Shown piece after piece: positions 1 through 8,005 of a stretch of DNA of 64,000 nucleotides. The notes beneath the pieces were generated by a model. The model had not been told where the DNA came from, searched no databases, and was given only the letters and a program-made list of their open reading frames with translations. A program made the position numbers and the translations under genes. Every line of letters begins with the position of its first letter. Position 1 is the stretch's first letter. The DNA is from Candidatus Latescibacterota bacterium (lineage in GTDB: Bacteria; Krumholzibacteriota; Krumholzibacteriia; Krumholzibacteriales; Krumholzibacteriaceae): assembly GCA_019038625.1 (NCBI GenBank), contig JAHOYU010000077.1, forward strand, positions 3,703-67,702, read 5' to 3'.

Positions 1-228
1 CAGGGGAATGTGACTGCGCTCGAACAACGTCCCTACCGTCACCGTAAACGGCTTGCGACAGTGGCCGCACTTGTACAGTCCAGGGCGTGTAGACTTACCC
101 TCAAGCTTGTAAGCCTTGTCCATACCGCCGCAATGTGGGCAGACAACGCCATCAGGCCAGCGAACCTTTTCAAGGTACTCACGTGCCGCCTGTTCATCAT
201 GGAAGTATTGCGCGGAAAGTTGGCTCAT
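1..228 (-). CDS. IS1595-family (ISXO2-like) transposase, N-terminal 76 aa only; the gene runs off the left edge
   Basis: Reverse-complement translation from ATG at 228 gives MSQLSAQYFHDEQAAREYLEKVRWPDGVVCPHCGGMDKAYKLEGKSTRPGLYKCGHCRKPFTVTVGTLFERSHIPL. It has the zinc-ribbon CPHCGG...CGHC and the TVTVGT motif typical of the N-terminus of IS1595-family transposases. AAGGAG RBS at 236-241. It is absent from the ORF track because no stop codon lies within the window. Confidence 0.7.
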   Translation of the reverse strand, partial: MSQLSAQYFHDEQAAREYLEKVRWPDGVVCPHCGGMDKAYKLEGKSTRPGLYKCGHCRKPFTVTVGTLFERSHIPL

Positions 229-231
229 CGG

Positions 232-837
232 TTACTCCTTGAAAGGATTACCATCGGGTGATTTGCCTTTTAAGCATGCAACTGAATTCCAAAGATATTC
301 GCGGTCTTTATCTGAAAGATTTTGATCGCATTTCAGGGTATCAACTATCTGCCCTTGGCGATCCCAAATCTCTTTGAGTAGGGGAATTCTTCCTTCAAGT
401 ATTTTTAGTCGCTCAAGATTAAGTTGATCCAATTGGGCTTTAAGCTGTTTCTCTTGGGTTTCAAGTTGTTGGATTTGAATAGATAAATGCTTTTTATCAG
501 TTTTAAGCCGTTCTGACTTGATGGTGAGTTCATCATAGCGAATTTGCAGAGTGTCCTTTTCGGATTGAATTTGACTTAAGCGATCTTCACTTTCCTGTTT
601 GGCTTTTAAATCGAGGGCTTTATGAAATTGATGAAGGCGGATAAGAGCGGCGACAACTATGATTGTCAACGCGATGTATGCCAAAGTCGATTGGCTAAAA
701 TATATCAACGCCGCTACAATGGAATTGCCAATTCCAAGAATGAAATAAAGGCCATGTTTAAACTTGTCCGGGATGATACCGGTCTGAGCTTTTGGGCTGG
801 GGTTACTATTTGCAATCTTTTCCATGTGTTGCTCCAT
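232..837 (-). CDS. membrane-anchored coiled-coil protein (two predicted TM helices, then a long heptad-rich region)
   Basis: 201-aa ORF. Hydrophobic segments LYFILGIGNSIVAALIYF and IALTIIVVAALI are followed by a K/E/Q/L-rich coiled coil. Promoter-like element just upstream at 843-900. A diverged truncated copy lies at 57353-57652. The stop overlaps the RBS of the transposase gene. Confidence 0.55.
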   Translation of the reverse strand: MEQHMEKIANSNPSPKAQTGIIPDKFKHGLYFILGIGNSIVAALIYFSQSTLAYIALTIIVVAALIRLHQFHKALDLKAKQESEDRLSQIQSEKDTLQIRYDELTIKSERLKTDKKHLSIQIQQLETQEKQLKAQLDQLNLERLKILEGRIPLLKEIWDRQGQIVDTLKCDQNLSDKDREYLWNSVACLKGKSPDGNPFKE

Positions 838-842
838 AGCTT

Positions 843-900
843 GAAAGGTCTATTTCCAATATACATCCTTTGTATCTGGTATGTCAAGTATATAATCGCC
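843..900 (-). promoter_or_regulatory. sigma70-like promoter (TTGACA, 18-nt spacer, TATATT) reading leftward; copy 1 of a repeated element that begins GGCGATTATATACTTGAC
   Basis: The reverse complement is ggcgattatatacttgacataccagatacaaaggatgtatattggaaatagacctttcaa. It is nearly identical to 57279-57338, and its first 23 nt recur inverted at 58047-58064. Confidence 0.5.
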
Positions 901-1055
901 TTAGAAAGTGGGCTTTGAACAACGGCTATCAAGAGGGGCTTAGTCTGGACAGGATTAACCCCGATGGAAACTACGAGCCGAGTAATTGTCAATGGCTGAC
1001 TCGCGGTGAAAACACAAGCAAAATGCACCGGGAAAAACACCGAGTTCAGGTTTAA
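901..1055 (+). pseudogene. HNH homing-endonuclease C-terminal remnant; its 5' part is replaced by the repeat element
   Basis: ORF 870-1055 encodes ...NGYQEGLSLDRINPDGNYEPSNCQWLTRGENTSKMH, which resembles the C-terminal half of HNH_3 endonucleases with the catalytic His replaced. The N-terminal 10 codons of the ORF lie inside the repeated promoter element, so the gene appears to have been interrupted. Confidence 0.45.
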
Positions 1056-1101
1056 TGTAGTTTATAGCAGCAGCACTCACACTTAGCAAAAGGAGAAGCA
1101 G

Positions 1102-1845
1102 ATGGGAAAGCTGCATGAACTATTGAGTGTGGAGCCGGATGTTGTCGGCACTGCAAAAGCCATTGTTGACGAGGGCATCAGCACCCTTGGCAAGAAAGGC
1201 GAAAGGTTTACGGGACTGCGCAAGACCTACCAGCCCCTGGACGAGGAGGGCACCAGCTACCCGCCTGAGATTACTCAGGTACAGGAAACGGTATCGGGCA
1301 AGCTCGATTACGTAGCGGGAACGCTGGCCAAGGCGATTAATATCGTTTTGAGCAAAGAGGTCACGAACACGCTGACCTCGGCCAAGCTCCTGATTGGCAA
1401 AGAAGACTTCGGGGAGTTCCCGGCCACCGTCTACTTGGCTCTGGAAAAGCAGGTTAAGGAGTTCAGGCGCGTGCTTCAGGCGGTGCCTACCCTTGACCCG
1501 GCGTACACATGGAAGGCTGACCCTGGCCGCGCACATACTATGGTAACAGATACCGTTGAAACTCAGCGCACGGAGAAACAGCATCAGCCGGTGGTGATGT
1601 ACGAGGCCACCAAGGAACACCCGGCGCAGGTCGAGATGATCAGCCGGGATGTGGTAGTCGGCAACTGGAACACGATCAAAGAGAGTGGCATGATCTCCGT
1701 CAGGGCCAAGAGTGAGATGCTTGCCCGCTGCGATCAGGTCATCAGGGCCATCAAGACGGCGCGCCAGCGCGCTAACGACATCGAAGCTAGCAAGGTCACC
1801 GTGGGCATGGCGATCTTAAAATTTATAACCGAAGAAAGGAAGTAG
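1102..1845 (+). CDS. hypothetical protein (247 aa)
   Basis: Long ORF with a GGAG RBS 8 nt upstream. No motif recognised. Confidence 0.55.
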   Translation: MGKLHELLSVEPDVVGTAKAIVDEGISTLGKKGERFTGLRKTYQPLDEEGTSYPPEITQVQETVSGKLDYVAGTLAKAINIVLSKEVTNTLTSAKLLIGKEDFGEFPATVYLALEKQVKEFRRVLQAVPTLDPAYTWKADPGRAHTMVTDTVETQRTEKQHQPVVMYEATKEHPAQVEMISRDVVVGNWNTIKESGMISVRAKSEMLARCDQVIRAIKTARQRANDIEASKVTVGMAILKFITEERK

Positions 1846-1977
1846 TACCGATAGGGGTATGCGTCAGCTTTCGCCTTAGTAATGGGGAATAATCCCCTGA
1901 GCAGACGTAACAATTCAGCTTATTACCCCTCAGTCTCAAGAAGGAGCGGTGCATTGAATAACTTGCCAAGGTTACTT

Positions 1978-2014
1978 TGCCGAAACGTGGGTTCGAGTCC
2001 CACCGGGGCCGCCA
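1978..2014 (+). other. tRNA 3'-half fragment: T-arm GTGGG-TTCGAGT-CCCAC, 3' acceptor strand CGGGGCC, discriminator G, encoded CCA
   Basis: Canonical GGTTCGAGTCC T-arm. The complementary 5' acceptor strand (GG followed by pyrimidines) is not found within 100 nt upstream, so this is not a complete tRNA. Confidence 0.5.
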
Positions 2015-2026
2015 ATAAAACTCTAT

Positions 2027-2056
2027 GGCCCCGTAGTTTAGTGGCAGAACGCGGCT
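2027..2056 (+). other. tRNA 5'-half fragment: acceptor strand GGCCCCG, TA, D-arm GTTT-AGTGGCA-GAAC
   Basis: GGCCCCG is the exact complement of the 3' acceptor strand at 2004-2010, which lies 12 nt upstream. No T-arm or 3' acceptor strand follows within 90 nt. Confidence 0.45.
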
Positions 2057-2103
2057 ATAAGCAGACACCCTGGCGTGAGCGAAAGATGCAGACAGCGTTC
2101 CGA

Positions 2104-2176
2104 ATTGCTATAGCTCAATTGGTAGAGCTTCTGACTATGGATCAGACTGTTACCGGTTCAAATCCGGTTAGCGAAT
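2104..2176 (+). tRNA. tRNA gene, 73 nt, no encoded CCA; anticodon loop CUAUGGA, identity uncertain
   Basis: Cloverleaf read by hand: acceptor ATTGCTA/TAGCGAA with six of seven pairs and an A1-A72 mismatch; D-arm GCTC-AATTGGTA-GAGC; anticodon stem TCTGA/TCAGA; 5-nt variable loop; T-arm ACCGG-TTCAAAT-CCGGT. Confidence 0.5.
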
Positions 2177-2195
2177 ATTGAGAGACTTGTAATCT

Positions 2196-2238
2196 CTTGG
2201 GGGGGGGAACAGGCGAGTTCCCTCCCCCCTTTTATTTA
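2196..2238 (+). terminator. rho-independent terminator
   Basis: GGGGGGGGGAAC, loop AGGCGA, GTTCCCTCCCCCC, followed by TTTTATTT. This is a near-perfect 12-bp GC-rich hairpin with a T-tract, immediately after the tRNA region. Confidence 0.7.
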
Positions 2239-2250
2239 AACGGGGATCGA

Positions 2251-2427
2251 ATGACCTACGATGAGTCAAATCTTGAAGATGGCTGCTGCCCGTGGTGTGG
2301 GCATAAGCTTACCCTGCGTAGAATATATGGTAAGTACCACGAAGCGGAGTGCGAGAATTCCAAGTGCGTCGAGGGCTATTACTATGATAGCAGCCCACCT
2401 GAGGTTCACTTTGGACGACCGGAGTAG
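2251..2427 (+). CDS. small Cys4 zinc-ribbon protein
   Basis: An internal ATG of ORF 2197-2427 gives MTYDESNLEDGCCPWCGHKL...HEAECENSKC. The upstream part of that ORF is the terminator hairpin. Confidence 0.5.
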   Translation: MTYDESNLEDGCCPWCGHKLTLRRIYGKYHEAECENSKCVEGYYYDSSPPEVHFGRPE

Positions 2428-2730
2428 ATGATGGATTTATCAAAGCTCAATAAGCTGCTCACCCTGCCGCCGTGGGAATGGGAGGGCATGTGCTTAGTGA
2501 ATCAAGAAGGCGAAACAATTATTGAGGCGGCCCATCCGTCATACGCTACTAATCTCGAAGAATGGAAGCCGTTACTCGCCGCCGCCCCTGACCTGCTGGC
2601 AGAGGTTGAGAAGTTGCGGGAGAAGTTGGCGCAGATAAGCATCTGTGCCAGCAACGCTCAATATGGTCGGCTGGATATGAATGAGGCCATGAGCAGCATA
2701 GCCAAAGCCGCAAAACTGGAGTGTAAGTGA
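2428..2730 (+). CDS. hypothetical early protein; paralog of 63174-63488
   Basis: Shares the M(M/I)DL(S/T)K..PW N-terminus and the AAAPDLLAEVE(K/R)LR segment with the 104-aa ORF at 63174-63488. ATGATGG overlap with the upstream stop. Confidence 0.55.
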   Translation: MMDLSKLNKLLTLPPWEWEGMCLVNQEGETIIEAAHPSYATNLEEWKPLLAAAPDLLAEVEKLREKLAQISICASNAQYGRLDMNEAMSSIAKAAKLECK

Positions 2731-2960
2731 TGGCAATATGTAAGGTGTGCAAGCCGCTGATAGCCGCACTGACCAACGAGGTGTATGCTATAAAGGCCGA
2801 GAGAGATAAGCTGCGAACCGAGAAATCCGTGTATAAGGAACTGGCCGAACTGCGAAGTAGTTTGTTATGCCTCTATCGCGTTGGAGGGAGACCAAGTGAC
2901 CGGCTGCTTGATGGGCTGGATAGATTGCAAAAGAAAGCCGAAGAACTGGAGGGCAAGTGA
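2727..2960 (+). CDS. hypothetical protein (77 aa, coiled-coil-like)
   Basis: Start overlaps the upstream stop (GTGATGG), consistent with operon-style coupling. Confidence 0.45.
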   Translation: MMAICKVCKPLIAALTNEVYAIKAERDKLRTEKSVYKELAELRSSLLCLYRVGGRPSDRLLDGLDRLQKKAEELEGK

Positions 2961-3259
2961 CTGATGAACAGGCACCCTTGAACCTTGAGCCTCGCTTCAA
3001 CGGGCCGGTTTACGAGCCTGTGCAAGATCACTCACGGCTGTACAAGCAGCACGAGGTTATCAGGGGTTACATGCTGTACGCATACCGGCATGGCAGCGGC
3101 TGGCGCACCCTGGCCGAGATAGAAAAGGCCACCGGCTTTCCGCAAGCTTCTATCAGCGCACAACTCAGGCACCTGCGTAAACCGCGCTTTGGAAGCTATG
3201 CGGTAGATAAGCGCAGACGGCGCGATGCGGGCCTTTGGGAATACAGAGTATCACATTAA
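2957..3259 (+). CDS. hypothetical protein (100 aa), possible winged-helix regulator
   Basis: ORF overlapping the upstream stop; basic C-terminus. No firm motif. Confidence 0.45.
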   Translation: MTDEQAPLNLEPRFNGPVYEPVQDHSRLYKQHEVIRGYMLYAYRHGSGWRTLAEIEKATGFPQASISAQLRHLRKPRFGSYAVDKRRRRDAGLWEYRVSH

Positions 3260-3269
3260 CCGGGAGTAA

Positions 3270-3524
3270 ATGATGGCGAACTGGCGGCATAGGGTTAAGC
3301 TCAGAGACCTGTTTGAGTCATTCGACCCACAAGAAACCGCAGAGGCCGAGAAGGCCGAAGTGCTGCGGGTGGGCAAGGCTGTACTTGCAAGGGTTAAGGG
3401 CGAAGATTGCCTTAATGGGTTCCGCCTGAAACGCTTTATTGAGGCCGAAACGGAAGCGCAGTCTAATCGCGTGATCGAGAGCCTATACGATTTTTGCGAC
3501 CAACACCTTATCTGGGTTGATTAA
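3270..3524 (+). CDS. hypothetical protein (84 aa)
   Basis: ORF with a GGAG-type RBS. Confidence 0.45.
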   Translation: MMANWRHRVKLRDLFESFDPQETAEAEKAEVLRVGKAVLARVKGEDCLNGFRLKRFIEAETEAQSNRVIESLYDFCDQHLIWVD

Positions 3525-3553
3525 CCGATCCAAATCACCGAAAGGGACTACAG

Positions 3554-4870
3554 ATGAAAGGATTTAGAATAACCCTACTGATGCTCGATCATTACGGCGG
3601 AGTGAAAGCCGCCCTTGTAAGGCCGGGAGATATACCGGTGATCAAAGTCGAGGGGCCGAATGGAGCCGGGAAGACAACGGTGATCGATTCGATCTTTGCC
3701 GTTGTTGCGGCCCAGACACTGCAAGACCCCATTCGTCACGGCGCGAAAAAGGCCACTATCACGCTGGCCATGAGCAATGAGGAAAAAGATGAAATCACGG
3801 TCACCAGACACATGACCGCGAAGACATCCAGGCTGGAGGTGAGCTACAACGGCGTCCCGCAGGAAAGCCCGCAGACCCTGCTCAACAAGCTGTTCAGCAA
3901 GGTATCGATTGATCCGCTGGCCTTTGCGCGCATGAAAAAGCGGGAGCGCATTGACGTTATACTCGACCTGACCGGCAAGAAGGATGAGATAGCCAAGCTG
4001 GATGCCGAATACCAATGCGCGTACGATGAGCGCACGCTTACCAACCGCATAATCAAGACGCTTCAAGGTAAGCTGGATGGCGAGGAACGCCCGGAGAACG
4101 ATAAGCCAGAGGCCGAGATAGACACACAGGGCGTACTTGATAAACTGGCGGCGGAGCGGCAGCGGATACGGGGGGTTGAAAGCAGCAACGATCAGCGTAA
4201 GATTCTGAGCAACAAGATTCTTGAGGCCGAAGTTGATAGGGACAATAATGCCCGCCAGATAAAGCAGTACGAAGACACTATAGCCTCCCTCAGGGAAGAC
4301 GATAAGAATTTGCAGGAGGCGATAAGCGAGAGAAACAAGGCTATAGCCGATATCGATGATGGGTTGAAGGGCGAGGCACCAAGCGAAGTTGCAGCGCTTG
4401 AACAATCCCTGGTTGACGCACAGGCCCACAACGGTCGGGTGGCCGCTGAAAACGCATACTGGACGCTCATAGCCGATGCGAAGTCCGAGAAAGAAACGTC
4501 TGCGGCCTACACCCGCAAGCTGGAACAGATCGAGGTAGCAAAGCGGGATATCCTGTGCGAGAACCTCCCGTTCAAGGAGATCACCATTACCGGCGATACC
4601 ATTCTAATCGAGGGTAAGCCGTTTGATGACCTGTGCGGCATGGAAAAGATGTTTGCCAGCATGGAAATAGCCCTGCGGATGAATCCAAGCCTACGGGTGA
4701 TCAGGATTGCCGATGGCGCTGAACTGGATAAGAAAAGCTGGAAGAAGATCGAGAGCTTTGCCGTCAAGAATAACCTTCAGGTATGGACTGCCGTTGTGTC
4801 CGATGACCGACACAGTGGTAGTTTCTACATAGAGGAAGGAGTGTTATCGGCAAAAGAAGAGCAAGGGTAG
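3554..4870 (+). CDS. SMC/SbcC/RecF-like AAA ATPase (recombination or repair)
   Basis: Walker A GPNGAGKTT near the N-terminus, a long central coiled coil, and a C-terminal Walker B-like LRVIRIADGAELD. RBS GGGACTACAGATG. Confidence 0.7.
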   Translation: MKGFRITLLMLDHYGGVKAALVRPGDIPVIKVEGPNGAGKTTVIDSIFAVVAAQTLQDPIRHGAKKATITLAMSNEEKDEITVTRHMTAKTSRLEVSYNGVPQESPQTLLNKLFSKVSIDPLAFARMKKRERIDVILDLTGKKDEIAKLDAEYQCAYDERTLTNRIIKTLQGKLDGEERPENDKPEAEIDTQGVLDKLAAERQRIRGVESSNDQRKILSNKILEAEVDRDNNARQIKQYEDTIASLREDDKNLQEAISERNKAIADIDDGLKGEAPSEVAALEQSLVDAQAHNGRVAAENAYWTLIADAKSEKETSAAYTRKLEQIEVAKRDILCENLPFKEITITGDTILIEGKPFDDLCGMEKMFASMEIALRMNPSLRVIRIADGAELDKKSWKKIESFAVKNNLQVWTAVVSDDRHSGSFYIEEGVLSAKEEQG

Positions 4871-4948
4871 CGTGGAGTGATGACAAGTATGGCAAAGGCA
4901 CGGTAGCGTAGGGTTCGGTTCGGTAGAGTAAGGTAAAGGTATGGTGGA

Positions 4949-5377
4949 GTGAAGCATGGTGGAGTTATGGTGCTGGCCGTCCCATCAATAAAGGTGGCTG
5001 ACTTGAGTAAAAAGTCCAAGGGCACATACCGGGCGTGTAGCGGTAAAGGCGTAGAGTTTTTTGACAAAGAGTGGTGGGCTGATGCCGCCGCGATATTGAG
5101 TAGGAAGCTCCCGAAGTCGGTAGTAGTTCGTGGTGAAGAGGTAAGGCAGAACATAGGAGGGGGAAGGGTAAAAAGGCTGGTTGTAAAGGAGTGGATTATC
5201 AACAAGGCCTTTCTGGGCAATCGGGTAGACGATTACAGGAAATGGAACGTGATGAAGTATATCGGTGACAAGGGCGTATGCCTTCTGTACTGCCTGTACC
5301 ACCAGAAAATGACACTACAGGCGCTGGATATCATTGAGGAGGCCGAACCTCATATCCTGCACATACCTGGGGAATGA
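4949..5377 (+). CDS. hypothetical protein (142 aa; the start may be the Met 6 codons downstream)
   Basis: ORF only. Confidence 0.4.
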   Translation: MKHGGVMVLAVPSIKVADLSKKSKGTYRACSGKGVEFFDKEWWADAAAILSRKLPKSVVVRGEEVRQNIGGGRVKRLVVKEWIINKAFLGNRVDDYRKWNVMKYIGDKGVCLLYCLYHQKMTLQALDIIEEAEPHILHIPGE

Positions 5378-5484
5378 TTCTAAACATGCCGCCTGTAAGC
5401 CTCCAGGGGTCGCGCTTACCTACCTTGGCGGGGAACGGCGTGAAGCCCTTGGAGCAGGGCGGGCTTAACTTAAGGAGAATTGAC

Positions 5485-6117
5485 ATGCCTAGAGTCCATT
5501 TTGTAGCAAAGGCACGCAAGGATAACGAAGTATGTAAAAAGGGCGAAAGTTACTACTGGTGGAAGCACAAGACCGGCCCGCGTAGCAGCATAAAACGCAT
5601 GAGTAAAGCCAGACCAAGGGGCAGTGAGCTTACCCTGTCCGACAAGATTGGCCGCATGAGGGCCGCTGGCGAGGCCATAGAAGACTCGTTTGGTAATCTG
5701 GATACTGGTGATGTTGATAGCGCGGAAAGCGTCATCAGCGCCCTTGAGGAAGCTGAGAGTGAGGTGCGTGAGGTGGCCGATGAGTACCGGGAGTCGGCTG
5801 AGAACATGGAAGAGGGCTTTGGCCACTCCACCTCCCAGAGCGAGGCCATCGAAGAGCAGGCCGATGAGGCCGAGAGCTACGCCGATGAGATCGGGAACCT
5901 CAAGGATAGCATCGAGAATGTTGAGATACCCGACAGGGATGATTTCGAGACGGATGCCAAGGAAGAGATCGAAAGGCAGGTCAATGCCAACGAGCTTGAG
6001 GAAGCCGAGAGCGACAGCGCAGTAGCGCAGGTTATGGACGAAAAATACGATGAGGCCGTGAGTGGTTACATAGATGAGATAGGCGGGTACCAAGGCGAAG
6101 CACCGTGCCCCGTATAA
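5485..6117 (+). CDS. highly acidic protein (basic N-terminus, D/E-rich C-terminal 150 aa)
   Basis: Internal ATG with AAGGAG 7 nt upstream. MPRVHFVAKARKD... is followed by long runs such as EEAESEVREVADEYRESAENMEEG. Confidence 0.5.
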   Translation: MPRVHFVAKARKDNEVCKKGESYYWWKHKTGPRSSIKRMSKARPRGSELTLSDKIGRMRAAGEAIEDSFGNLDTGDVDSAESVISALEEAESEVREVADEYRESAENMEEGFGHSTSQSEAIEEQADEAESYADEIGNLKDSIENVEIPDRDDFETDAKEEIERQVNANELEEAESDSAVAQVMDEKYDEAVSGYIDEIGGYQGEAPCPV

Positions 6118-6137
6118 CCAAGCCGGAGGACAAATAG

Positions 6138-6563
6138 ATGTCAAAACTGGCCAGTGAAATGTTTACCAAAGAGCAGGACGCGGCACGGCTGGTGGTGCTG
6201 AAAGAGGTCATGGATACACAGGCCAGAAACATGGCTTCTCTGCACCAGCAGGAGCTGAAAGCCTATTGGGAGAAGGCCGCTGACCTTGTCTATCTCGACG
6301 GCGAGATCAACCTGCGGCTACGCAAGCTCATCTTTGAGGCGGTAAGCCGGCACTACAGCCCAAATATGCTGGACGCGCTTGGCGGCGACAAGTACTCCGA
6401 GGATGAAAAAAACGAGATGAAGAAGGATGTAATCAGGGCCACTATTCTAATGGCCGAACTCATTTCAGTCACTTTCTCCGCACCCAATATGCTGACCGAA
6501 CCGGAGAACAACTTACTCGATGCCCTGATAGACGCGCGGTTCTCGCACGCTCTCTCAAGGTGA
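6138..6563 (+). CDS. hypothetical protein (141 aa)
   Basis: ORF with RBS GGAGGACAAATAGATG. Confidence 0.5.
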   Translation: MSKLASEMFTKEQDAARLVVLKEVMDTQARNMASLHQQELKAYWEKAADLVYLDGEINLRLRKLIFEAVSRHYSPNMLDALGGDKYSEDEKNEMKKDVIRATILMAELISVTFSAPNMLTEPENNLLDALIDARFSHALSR

Positions 6564-6576
6564 GGAAGGATAGGAT

Positions 6577-7161
6577 ATGATGGACGAGATTACCTATATT
6601 TTTACTGTCTATGCCGCGCTTGCTATCCTCTCCTGCGCGGGGATAGCGGCTTACCTCATGTCCCGCCAGGCAAAGCGCCACCGGAAGCATGTTGGCCGCG
6701 TTAGAGCGGAAGAGATCAAGAATACAATCCACTGCTATCAGAGGTTTTGGGGCAGCGTGCGCGAAAACCGTGAGCGTATCGCGGCCATCCGCTGCGAAGA
6801 GGTGTTCCCCCTCCTGCGCATCCGCACATCCCTTGTCCACCAGCTTAAGCATTCCGCTGAGGAACGGCACCGGCTTATCGGTGAGGTGCAGCGCTACAGG
6901 AACATGGCTGGCGTGGCCGGTGATGCGTATGGCCTAATGATAAACGAATGCCGTCTGGGCCTGAGCAGCAGCAAGAGCACCATGAGGTGCCTGCGCGACA
7001 TTCAGGAGATAATCCACAACGCCAGCGCAATGCTGGCAGCACAGGAGGTAGTCAGTGACGAGGGCGCAAAACAAGCAGCTATCAAGGTTGAGAAAAAAAG
7101 GGTGGGAAGTAGTCGCAAAGCCAAAGGGAGAAGAGGAGCCGGTACTGCTAAGAAGGGCTGA
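6577..7161 (+). CDS. membrane-anchored protein with an N-terminal TM helix and a basic C-terminus
   Basis: IFTVYAALAILSCAGIAAYLM hydrophobic helix, then an R/K-rich tail. Confidence 0.5.
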   Translation: MMDEITYIFTVYAALAILSCAGIAAYLMSRQAKRHRKHVGRVRAEEIKNTIHCYQRFWGSVRENRERIAAIRCEEVFPLLRIRTSLVHQLKHSAEERHRLIGEVQRYRNMAGVAGDAYGLMINECRLGLSSSKSTMRCLRDIQEIIHNASAMLAAQEVVSDEGAKQAAIKVEKKRVGSSRKAKGRRGAGTAKKG

Positions 7162-7514
7162 AATTGATTTCAGCGGCTATTTCTACAAACAGATATTGCC
7201 AAACGGCACTGTGGAAAACATCAGTAAACCGTGAGGATGTGATGCGAGCAATACAAGGAAAATATACGGAAGCTGTTATCTATACAGGGGCGAGTGCTGT
7301 CTCGTACTGCGGCCAAGGCCATGCTGTCTATGAAAAACTTCACCTCGTCAATGGAGGGCATCTATAGTCAATCGGTGGTCGAGAGCACGATAGATGAGGC
7401 TCCTATGGCCTACAAGGATGCGTCCCTGATAGAGTCAACCATCGGCCCGGCTGCGGAGATTGTTGACCGTCTTGTTCCGCTTCATAACCTGAAAGCCTGT
7501 TAGGGGGTAGATGG

Positions 7515-7952
7515 ATGGTTCTCGAAATAATAAACCCGTCCGATAGCTACACGATGGAAACGGACGATAAGGCGGCGGCTTGCGCTGCGGTCTCTCTTCT
7601 TGGCTCAGGCCAATACGGCCTGAAAGACTTGGCAAACGGGGAAGATATTCTTCCAGTGCTAATTTTCTGCCAGGACGAAGACCATTTCAATGAGATATTC
7701 AAGAAATACGCCGGAATGGGCCTGAATGAAGTAATGGAAACAAGGCGGGAGCAGGTCGCGGAGGCTCTTGAGAGCGTTCTTATCGGCGACAGGGCCGCAT
7801 ATGAAGATGCCATTAAAGGCATAACAGATGATACCGAGAGGGCTGCGTTCGCCGAAAAATGGCATGCCGAGAAACGCACATCACTGAATGACATTGGCGG
7901 CAGAGCAAAAGATATAGCGGCTGCCCTGCGAAGAAGCTCAGAAACACCCTAA
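7515..7952 (+). CDS. hypothetical protein (145 aa)
   Basis: ORF with RBS GGGGGTAGATGGATG. Confidence 0.5.
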   Translation: MVLEIINPSDSYTMETDDKAAACAAVSLLGSGQYGLKDLANGEDILPVLIFCQDEDHFNEIFKKYAGMGLNEVMETRREQVAEALESVLIGDRAAYEDAIKGITDDTERAAFAEKWHAEKRTSLNDIGGRAKDIAAALRRSSETP

Positions 7953-8005
7953 CCATTGACTTTCGCCGGGCTATAAACTATTATTAATAACCGAAAGGAG
8001 CAACG

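Noticed and set aside
10-325. Plus-strand ORFs 10-261 and 116-325 from the ORF track
   Set aside because: They overlap a minus-strand reading frame that gives an unmistakable transposase N-terminus with a proper RBS.
1861-2180. Possibility that the tRNA-like region is a (permuted) tmRNA
   Set aside because: There is no G3:U70 alanine identity pair in the GGCCCCG/CGGGGCC acceptor. No tag reading frame ends in a hydrophobic degron. The region is far too short for pseudoknots.
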